A stretch of 11,562 nt of DNA from an uncultured Nitrososphaeraceae archaeon (GTDB lineage: Archaea; Thermoproteota; Nitrososphaeria; Nitrososphaerales; Nitrososphaeraceae), in NCBI GenBank assembly GCA_963825865.1, contig CAWGVG010000047.1:1-11562 (forward strand), read 5' to 3'. This document shows positions 1 to 6,532 of this stretch, in pieces. The notes below the pieces were generated by a model. It was not told where the DNA came from, did no database searches, and worked only from the letters and a program-made list of their open reading frames with translations. How positions within the stretch are numbered: position 1 is the stretch's first letter; each line of letters begins with the position of its first letter. The translations under genes and the position numbers were made by a program.

Positions 1-874
1 TTATTGTTTTTCCATCATCATCTCTGATTGGATATCTTTTGTTCTTTCTTCACACAATTCCTCATACCATTTGTTCTTTTTCTTTCTATTCTTTCTCAGT
101 GTCTCGTAAACAGTCCTATCAAAACCAAATAAACTCAAAACTGATTCTGTGGCATCAAGTATCATTTCTCTGTACTTATCCTTGTCATAATTCAGAGTAT
201 TCTTTTCCTCCTTACCGTCTTTTTCTCCCTTTTGCAAAATCTCTAAAGGTACAACTCTGCAAAGGGGATTTTTGTGCTGCGAGTTTGTATAAATATACTG
301 GATAGTGTCGCCTTTTGTTGGGTAATCACCGCCTCCCTTATTGCTTAATAATTGAATGGCAGCGGACACATGAGGAAATAAGCTCTTGTACTTTTGTATA
401 TCCTGCCCAAGCAACTTGGAGATTACAAGATCCTCTTGGTGAAAGTCCTCACCTGTCATAATTTTATCTATTGCCTTGGTAACTAACAAGAGAGCATTTT
501 CAAATCCTTTGCTTTCTACCTCAGCTGAATCTTTACAATCAAAAAGCGTGTATAGCAATTCAGTTTGAAATTGTTTTATAAAGTTTGGAATATCATGCCT
601 CCTAATTTCTATACCCCTAACAACTAGTTCTCCTTGTTGTATGATTCCATAGTAATGTTTGAGTGCCTCTATGTTTTCGTCTGCTTCAACAGGTAATAAA
701 ACTAAAAACTTAATCGATGGAGATTGAAAGGCCTGTCTCTTTGGATAGTATATCTATAACTTGTTCATAATCGCTTGTAGTTGCATCAGCGGTGGGGGCA
801 TCTATCCTTTTAATAAATACAGAGTCTGTATCTGCATATACCAGGCCATAACCTAACCCTTGGACAATATCCTT
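1..874 (-). pseudogene. polB: Family B DNA polymerase, C-terminal part only (5'-truncated and frameshifted)
   Basis: Manual translation gives KDIVQGLGYGLVYADTDSVFIK, with motif C YADTDS at 821-838, running to SID* near 712. The next frame from 711 reads KFLVLLPVEADENIEALKHYYG...VRGIEIRRHD (KKRY-like and KG.E..RRD-like motifs) and continues into ORF 1-558. No motif A/B or exonuclease sequence is visible upstream of 874. Confidence 0.9.
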
Positions 875-890
875 TTTTTTCTGCTGCGAT

Positions 891-905
891 ATAAAAAATA
901 AAAAG
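891..905 (-). terminator. Possible oligo-U terminator of the 948-1505 gene
   Basis: Minus strand reads CTTTTTATTTTTTAT about 45 nt after the stop codon; archaeal terminators are U-tracts. Confidence 0.4.
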
Positions 906-947
906 GGTGTTGTTTTTTGTCTGCTGTATGGTTATTATCCACCTGTG

Positions 948-1505
948 TCAAGTAGCAAAGACTATTCCAGAGTCTAGCAGACATTGAATTATCTGAGCTG
1001 CTACCGATTCAGAACCAGGGTTACTTGGTCCAAGTATACTTACGAAAAGGGCTTGAATGTTGGCTTGTGTCCCTGTGTGTAATATATCACATACTTGCCC
1101 CAGAGTCGGGTTGCTTGGGCCTGCAATGCTGATTAGGTCGTTTATTTGATCATTGTTAAGGAACTTTCTGATACATTGTTCGCAATTTAGTGTTACTGGT
1201 GGTGTTTTTGTTGTTGTTGTAGGTGTTACAACTCCCTCTTGTGAACAAGTTGCATTGTTACCTGGGTGTGTGCATATCACGTTTTGACATTCTTGTTCTG
1301 CTGTGTTATCAAATCCACTTACTGACCCGTCTTGTTTGCATTTCTGTTCGGTAATTGTGTCGCCATTTTTACTATCGTCTTGTCCTCGTTTCTTTTGTGG
1401 ATAAGCAAATGCTGACTGCGTTGATTGTGTTGTTGCTAATGTTCCTACTACTAATGTTGCCGCTATTAAGACAGCAACTATTGCTAGAGTTTTTGTGTTG
1501 TTCAT
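948..1505 (-). CDS. Secreted protein, paralog 1: signal peptide + Q/N/C core + Thr linker + 4-Cys helical C-terminal domain
   Basis: MNNTKTLAIVAVLIAATLVVG...SAFA signal peptide; core NGDTITEQKCKQDGSVSGFDNTAEQECQNVICTHP shared with paralogs 2 and 3. Confidence 0.9.
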   Translation of the reverse strand: MNNTKTLAIVAVLIAATLVVGTLATTQSTQSAFAYPQKKRGQDDSKNGDTITEQKCKQDGSVSGFDNTAEQECQNVICTHPGNNATCSQEGVVTPTTTTKTPPVTLNCEQCIRKFLNNDQINDLISIAGPSNPTLGQVCDILHTGTQANIQALFVSILGPSNPGSESVAAQIIQCLLDSGIVFAT

Positions 1506-1526
1506 ATGTTACCAACTATTAGAATA

Positions 1527-1545
1527 TCATCTATATATTTGACTT
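1527..1545 (-). promoter_or_regulatory. Conserved BRE/TATA-like promoter of paralog 1 (also at 2295-2313, 3818-3836, 4931-4949)
   Basis: Minus strand AAGTCAAATATATAGATGA lies 22-28 nt upstream of the MNN start in all four paralogs, with one substitution in copy 4. Confidence 0.75.
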
Positions 1546-1588
1546 GAGGAACTTACTGCTGATTTATTGAATATGAATTATTACTAAT

Positions 1589-1602
1589 TTATTTAGTATA
1601 AC
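1589..1602. promoter_or_regulatory. Semi-palindromic operator-like motif TTAT-N5-ATAA
   Basis: TTATTTAGTATAA here; related copies start at 2357, 3868, 3918 and 4993. Confidence 0.45.
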
Positions 1603-1751
1603 TATTGAGTATATCAAATGTGGTATAGTAATTGATTTACCAATCTATAGTAAATATTCGTTATAACTTATTTATAGATGAAATGAAGCTTTCAGTTAGA
1701 TAGTAATAAGTTGAAAAGTTTTAGGTCAATTACAACAAAAGGGTATTGTAA

Positions 1752-1819
1752 TGTATGTTTTTATCTTTGCAGAAACAAAAAAAATGAAAAAAGGTTGTGA
1801 TAGTAGTGAAGGAACTACC
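1752..1819 (-). repeat. 3' flank/terminator repeat shared with 3364-3432
   Basis: TGCAGAAACAAAAAAAA.GAAAA.AGG.TGTG.TAGTAGT...GAACTACC occurs in both places and is U-rich on the coding strand. Confidence 0.75.
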
Positions 1820-1881
1820 AGTCTCTGGTTTGGTAGTCTTTGTTTTTGTCGCTGTCGTGTTGATCTTTGTCGTCTCCGCCG

Positions 1882-2268
1882 TCATCTTATTGGTGGTGGT
1901 GGTGTTTGAGTTCCCTCTTGTGTACAAGGCGCGCTTGGATGGGTACATATCACATTTTGTGCTTCTTGTTCCAACGTGTTATCGTGTCCACTTACTTGAC
2001 CATTTTGTTTGCTTGCCTGGATGGTAACTGTGTTATCGTTCCCGTAAATTCCATTAGTTTGTTTTCCTTTCTTGTAAATATTTTTCTTATAGGAGTCATG
2101 TTTTTCTTTCTTGTAACCATCTTGTTCGCCTTTCATGTATTTGTCCTGTCTTTCTTTATATCCACCAGCAAATGCTGACGGTGTTGTTGTTGCTGCTACT
2201 GTTACCCCTACTACTAATGTTGCCGCTGTTAAGACAGCAACTATTGCAAGTGTTTTTGTATTGTTCAT
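1882..2268 (-). CDS. Secreted protein, paralog 2 (Lys/Tyr/Asp-rich insert before the core)
   Basis: Same signal peptide and core (NTVTIQASKQNGQVSGHDNTLEQEAQNVICTHP). Start placed at MNNTK (2268) by alignment and promoter spacing rather than at the TTG at 2283. Confidence 0.88.
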   Translation of the reverse strand: MNNTKTLAIVAVLTAATLVVGVTVAATTTPSAFAGGYKERQDKYMKGEQDGYKKEKHDSYKKNIYKKGKQTNGIYGNDNTVTIQASKQNGQVSGHDNTLEQEAQNVICTHPSAPCTQEGTQTPPPPIR

Positions 2269-2291
2269 AATACTCGTCATCAAGCATTACG

Positions 2292-2474
2292 ATGTCATCT
2301 ATATATTTGACTTCAAGAAATTAATTCCGACTTATATAATATGATTTAATGCTGACTTATTTTGTATAACTAATCAGAATATTAATTGAGTTGTAATTAT
2401 TCACATAACTATTATTAGTCTACTATGGCAATCTCTTACTACTATATAATAAAGTATAAAGAATGTAATTTTAG
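2292..2474. repeat. 183-bp direct repeat of upstream region, copy A (copy B at 4928-5110)
   Basis: Ungapped alignment by eye, 11 mismatches in 183 nt. Confidence 0.95.
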
Positions 2475-2695
2475 AAAATAGCATTCTACTTGAATGTGTG
2501 ATTCTGATTAGCAATTGTATATTTTAATTTAACAGATATATATATATTGTATTAATACATACAGAAAGAAAAGTTAATCAATATACACAATATAATACCA
2601 TAATAATCTTAAACAATTTGCTATCAAAAACCTTTTAGCTATGTGTGTAGTACATTGTACTAGTATGACTAGTAGGTACTAATGCTGCTGCTACG

Positions 2696-2881
2696 ATGGA
2701 TATGACTGTAAAACTAGGAATCACGCTACCTAAGTCGATGATACAGAAAATCGACCAAAGACGTGGCGATATTCCTAGGAGCAGGTATATTCGGAGAGCG
2801 ATTGAAAGATATCTTGGTAGCAATAGTAGTAGTATTGACAACAAAGCGACAGCAGCAACCAAAAAAAGGAGGAGGAAATAG
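2696..2881 (+). CDS. Ribbon-helix-helix (CopG/NikR-like) DNA-binding protein
   Basis: KLGITLPKSMIQKIDQRRGDIPRSRYIRRAIERYL fits the beta-strand, helix, RS..IR.A helix pattern. The start may be the ATG at 2702. Confidence 0.85.
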   Translation: MDMTVKLGITLPKSMIQKIDQRRGDIPRSRYIRRAIERYLGSNSSSIDNKATAATKKRRRK

Positions 2882-2885
2882 GAAA

Positions 2886-3404
2886 ATGAGCGGCATTGAG
2901 AGTAGTATTATGCCATTTGTAAGTACTATTGGTTTTGGTGGGATAGCCGGCTTTTTAGTTGGTTTTGCATTGAAGCGGATAATGAAAATACTAGCTGTAA
3001 TAGCAGGAGTATTTTTTGCTGCTCTTTTGTATTTGGAGACTCAGCACATAGTGAATGTAAACTGGGATAAGCTTCAAACATTATCAAATAATATTCTATC
3101 AACGATTACCACAACGGCAACAACAAATGCAACAACTGCTACTACCGGTGGAGGAGTGGGGCCAATTCAAGCTATTTTAGGCAATAACTCAACTGGATCA
3201 GCTGCTTCTGCTATCTTACCTATAACGTCCACAATGGCAAACCTTGGGATTCCATTAACCGGTAGTACAGCAATGGGATTTGCAATTGGGATAATGAAGG
3301 GTTGGGATTACAATACACAAAAATTTATTTTTTCATATAAAATAGCAGTAAAGAATCTTTGCGTGTATATTTTTGTTTATGCAGAAACAAAAAAAAGAAA
3401 ATAG
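2886..3404 (+). CDS. FUN14-family membrane protein (probable lost stop at 3303)
   Basis: IGFGGIAGFLVGFALKRIMKILAVIAG...VNVNWDKL...GFAIGIMKG. The ATG at 2886 follows the RHH stop after a 4-nt gap, which suits an operon better than the 2763 start. Confidence 0.88.
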   Translation: MSGIESSIMPFVSTIGFGGIAGFLVGFALKRIMKILAVIAGVFFAALLYLETQHIVNVNWDKLQTLSNNILSTITTTATTNATTATTGGGVGPIQAILGNNSTGSAASAILPITSTMANLGIPLTGSTAMGFAIGIMKGWDYNTQKFIFSYKIAVKNLCVYIFVYAETKKRK

Positions 3405-3432
3405 GCTGTGGTAGTAGTAATAAAGAACTACC
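3364..3432 (-). repeat. 3' flank/terminator repeat shared with 1752-1819
   Basis: Direct sequence similarity; U-tract on the minus strand downstream of paralog 3. Confidence 0.75.
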
Positions 3433-3463
3433 TTACCATGTGGTAACAGCTACAGCTGCTATT

Positions 3464-3790
3464 CTATTCTCCGCCGTTGTCAGTTGTGTCAGTTGCAGTA
3501 GATTCGCTGCCTTCACTTACACAGGTTGCATTGCTGCCTGGATGTGTACATATCACGTTTTGTGCTTCTTGTTCTAGTGTGTTATCAAATCCGCTTACAT
3601 ACCCTTTTTGTGCATTTATCTGAGCGGTAATTGTGTTACCATTAGCATCTCTCTTGTCATCTTTCTTGTCTCCTTTCTTATGACCATATGCTGCTGATGC
3701 TGTTGGTGTTGTCGCTGCGAACGTTACTCCTACTACTAATGTTGCCGCTATTAAGACAGCAACTATTGCTAGTGATTTTGTGTTGTTCAT
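3464..3790 (-). CDS. Secreted protein, paralog 3 (minimal: signal + charged linker + core)
   Basis: MNNTKSLAIVAVLIAATLVVG...; core NGNTITAQINAQKGYVSGFDNTLEQEAQNVICTHPGSNATC. Confidence 0.9.
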   Translation of the reverse strand: MNNTKSLAIVAVLIAATLVVGVTFAATTPTASAAYGHKKGDKKDDKRDANGNTITAQINAQKGYVSGFDNTLEQEAQNVICTHPGSNATCVSEGSESTATDTTDNGGE

Positions 3791-3814
3791 GTAAATTTCG
3801 TCACAAGCATTATG

Positions 3815-3840
3815 ATATCATCTATATATTTGACTTGAGG
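3815..3840 (-). promoter_or_regulatory. Promoter of paralog 3, identical to 1524-1549
   Basis: 26-nt exact match ATATCATCTATATATTTGACTTGAGG on the + strand. Confidence 0.75.
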
Positions 3841-4212
3841 TAGTTACTACTGTTTGTTATTACTTACTTATTTAGTATAATGTAATTATGAATTATTGAT
3901 TGTAATTAGCTGCAGACTTATTTGATATAACTATTATTGTTACCAAAATATGAGAACACAATTATATATCTATTAATAGTAATAGAATGTTTTGAAAAGG
4001 TTACAATAAGAAAATAATGTCTATTAAAATTGAAAACTCAACATGGTATCAAAGTATTCATCATAATTTCGAGATATACGTGCATTCATAACAATAATAG
4101 TAGATACTTTAGAAATAACTTAGTAAAGAAAAAACAATCATAATTACCTAATCCAATATATTCTACTAAAGATAATAGCGTAGGAGGACAAACAGATATT
4201 ATTATCACAATA

Positions 4213-4404
4213 ATGATGCTACTGTCCATGGCAACAGTAGTAATACTAATAGAAGGCGGAACCTTTACTGTAGTATTCTTGCAACAACAAGCAAGTGCTT
4301 TTGAGTACAGATGTGATAGTATTATTGATCCAACTTGCATGCATCAAGGTCTTCACTACTCTGCAGAACCTGATAAAACACCTTTCATTTTGCCTTTTCC
4401 CTAA
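4213..4404 (+). CDS. Small putative exported protein with a Cys pair and C-terminal TPFILPFP
   Basis: Hydrophobic N-terminus ending QQQASA, C-x7-C, and a Pro/Phe-rich C-terminus. Confidence 0.65.
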   Translation: MMLLSMATVVILIEGGTFTVVFLQQQASAFEYRCDSIIDPTCMHQGLHYSAEPDKTPFILPFP

Positions 4405-4647
4405 GAGCAGTGGAGTATAGCCGCAGGTCGTATATTTAACTACATTCTTGGCTAAAATGAACAGATCTATAATTATAGTGTATGTTACGGTATCTACACC
4501 ACTTTTAAGCGGTTAATATTTTTTTGTTTATCCTGTTGGTGATTGATTAGTATTTGACGATGACTTTCCAATGGTCCAGATGGCGCTGGGCCGTAGTATT
4601 ATTATTACCGTCACCGTTTCAATTGTCTTTTTCTTTAATCTTTGTTA

Positions 4648-4908
4648 TCAGTTAGTCTTGCATGGCTCATCGTTTACACATATTGTAGACATATGGATTC
4701 TATTGTGATTTACGTTTGGTGAATCAGTCGTATTTGAATTCGACACTGTACTCTGGCATGGTTGATCGTTTATACATATTGTAGAGCTATTCTCTGACTC
4801 AGTTTCAGCTCGCGTTGTTGTTGGTGCTGCGAATGTTGTTACTCCTCCTACTACTAATGTTGCCGCTATTAAGACAGCAACTATAGCTAAAGTTCTTGTA
4901 TTGTTCAT
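4648..4908 (-). CDS. Secreted protein, paralog 4: same leader, different cargo (2x STIC[IV]ND[QE]PC)
   Basis: Signal peptide matches paralogs 1-3; the mature part lacks the QNVICTHP core and has an internal duplication. Confidence 0.85.
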   Translation of the reverse strand: MNNTRTLAIVAVLIAATLVVGGVTTFAAPTTTRAETESENSSTICINDQPCQSTVSNSNTTDSPNVNHNRIHMSTICVNDEPCKTN

Positions 4909-4927
4909 ATTCGTCGTCATCCATACA

Positions 4928-5110
4928 ATGTCATCTGTATATTTGACTTCAAGAAATTAATTCCGACTTATATAATATGATTTAATGCTGACTTATTTTG
5001 TATAACTAATCAGGATATTAATTGAGTTATAATTATTTACATAACTATTATTAGTCTATTGTGGCAATCTCTTACTACTATATAATTGAACATAAAGAAT
5101 GTAATTTCAG
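4928..5110. repeat. 183-bp direct repeat of upstream region, copy B
   Basis: About 94% identical to 2292-2474 by manual alignment. Confidence 0.95.
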
Positions 5111-5283
5111 TATCTCTTGTCCTTGTCATTAGGATAAAAAGTAACGCTTGAGCCTGTGCACAATCTTATTATGGCATAAGATTAGGTTATAGAGAGACTT
5201 ATTTTAATGAGAACGTCTAATTAGATATATTAGTTTTAAAATGCATTTAACATTAAGAATACAAATAATTTCATACCATCCCG

Positions 5284-5359
5284 AATGCAACGTCAACTAC
5301 AGGTGGAGTAGGAGGCGGCGCCAATTCAAGCTATTTTAGGCAATAATACAGGAGCTGCT
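5284..5359 (+). pseudogene. Internal remnant of a second FUN14 gene
   Basis: GCCAATTCAAGCTATTTTAGGCAATAA (5320-5346) is identical to 3161-3187, and the flanks are similar. Confidence 0.8.
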
Positions 5360-5548
5360 ACTCATATCTTAGTATGACAAGCCATCCTTGACTTCCTGCG
5401 CGCCATCTTCCTGGCACCTAATTTGGGAAAAGGATTTAATCTAAATGTATTCGTAATTCAATCAAATGATAGATTCAGTATAATACTATTGTTATTTTTT
5501 TCTCAATACAAATAAATAAAGTCCCTGTAATACGGACAGGAAATTTAA

Positions 5549-5809
5549 TTGAAAATACTAATAGTATTTTTGGTTTTGTTTGTTATTTTGATGTTATCTT
5601 TATCAATAAACGATTTATTAATGATACATCTATCAGATATCACATACGCTAGTGCACAGCTGTCAAATCAAAGACCTCAGATTCCAACTAATGCAAATAA
5701 TATTATCAATTCAATTCAATTAGGAGGTAGTAATGCACAGGTTGGTTCGCTTGGGCTTTACAATTGGTCTATTAAAGGGTTAAGGGAACACCAATCAGCC
5801 AGAGGTTGA
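5549..5809 (+). CDS. Hypothetical membrane-anchored/secreted protein
   Basis: TTG start, MK plus a hydrophobic stretch, ASA motif, polar Q/N-rich remainder; co-oriented with the next gene. Confidence 0.5.
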   Translation: MKILIVFLVLFVILMLSLSINDLLMIHLSDITYASAQLSNQRPQIPTNANNIINSIQLGGSNAQVGSLGLYNWSIKGLREHQSARG

Positions 5810-5851
5810 AAGTATTTTTAACCTGACAGTTAGATAATAATCACATAATAT

Positions 5852-6136
5852 ATGTTATCTAAGGACGAGATAAAATCAAATATTGAAGATTTAGGTAATG
5901 GGTGGGAATTAAAGGATGGAAAGATTGTAAAATCATTTCAATTCACTAGCTTTATGAATGCTATTAAGTTTGTAAACGAGATTGCAAAAGTAGCTGAGAG
6001 ACTTGATCATCACCCAATTATTACAATTAACTGGAAGACTGTTAAACTTTCTTTAAAGTCATTTGATGTTGACGCTATAACAAAACGGGATATTATTCTA
6101 GCCAAGGAAATAGAAAAAGTAGCTGAAAGTAAGTAA
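5852..6136 (+). CDS. phhB: Pterin-4-alpha-carbinolamine dehydratase family protein (atypical third catalytic residue)
   Basis: GW...F.F.SF..A..FVN.IA.VAE..DHHP.I...W..V.L...IT.RD..LA..I pattern; 94 aa. Confidence 0.9.
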   Translation: MLSKDEIKSNIEDLGNGWELKDGKIVKSFQFTSFMNAIKFVNEIAKVAERLDHHPIITINWKTVKLSLKSFDVDAITKRDIILAKEIEKVAESK

Positions 6137-6235
6137 GAAACACAAAATACATATCCTGTGATTTTATTTTGTCGTTATTAATTACCATTGACATATGAAT
6201 AAATCATTAGATGAAAAATAATAATCGGCTAAAAG

Positions 6236-6532
6236 CTACATCCTTTCAGTATCGACTACAAAATCTAAAGTATTATCATTTATATCAAAATCTACTTTTT
6301 TCAATTCAAACTCTTTAAACAAAAATCTATATTGTTCTGCCATATATAGAGACCAATTTCTACCCATGTCATGCTGTATAACGTATGAATGTCTAGTATA
6401 GCCGACCTCATGTCTATACGGATGGCCCGATATTTTAATCCAAGTTTCAATTACATCTAAAGCTGATTCTATGTTATATTCATTTCTTAAAAGCAGTACA
6501 AAGTCCTTGGTTTCTTTCTTTGCTATATATTC
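6236..6532 (-). pseudogene. Headless C-terminal 98 codons of a conserved thaumarchaeal-type protein (not in the ORF track)
   Basis: Stop-free frame EYIAKKETKDFVLLLRNEYNIESALDVIETWIKISGHPYRHEVGYTRHSYVIQHDMGRNWSLYMAEQYRFLFKEFELKKVDFDINDNTLDFVVDTERM*. The HD.G.NWSLY motif is recalled from a multicopy Nitrososphaerota family. Confidence 0.7.

Noticed and set aside
1-874. Casposon or protein-primed PolB element
   Set aside because: No Cas1 or element-scale terminal repeats are seen, and the C-terminal motifs look like an RNA-primed-type PolB.
1730-2344. Overlapping ORFs 1730-1948, 1797-2027, 1867-2178 and 2135-2344
   Set aside because: Shadow frames of paralog 2 and its low-complexity flank.
2763-2885. 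N-terminal extension of the FUN14 ORF
   Set aside because: It overlaps the RHH gene; the ATG at 2886 fits the family start.
4571-4645. GC-richer patch after paralog 4: a 9-bp hairpin with two GU pairs (4571-4594) and a frame reading KEKDN*NGDGNNNTTAQ faintly like the core start
   Set aside because: Too short and low in complexity to support either an RNA element or a core remnant.
948-5110. CRISPR array or diversity-generating retroelement as an explanation of the repeats
   Set aside because: Repeats are 0.7-1.5 kb apart and are parts of genes or promoters. There is no reverse transcriptase, and the differences are not adenine-specific.
5518-5546. Imperfect inverted repeat CCTGT-N7-ACAGG before the 5549 ORF
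   Set aside because: Only 5 perfect pairs, which is expected by chance.
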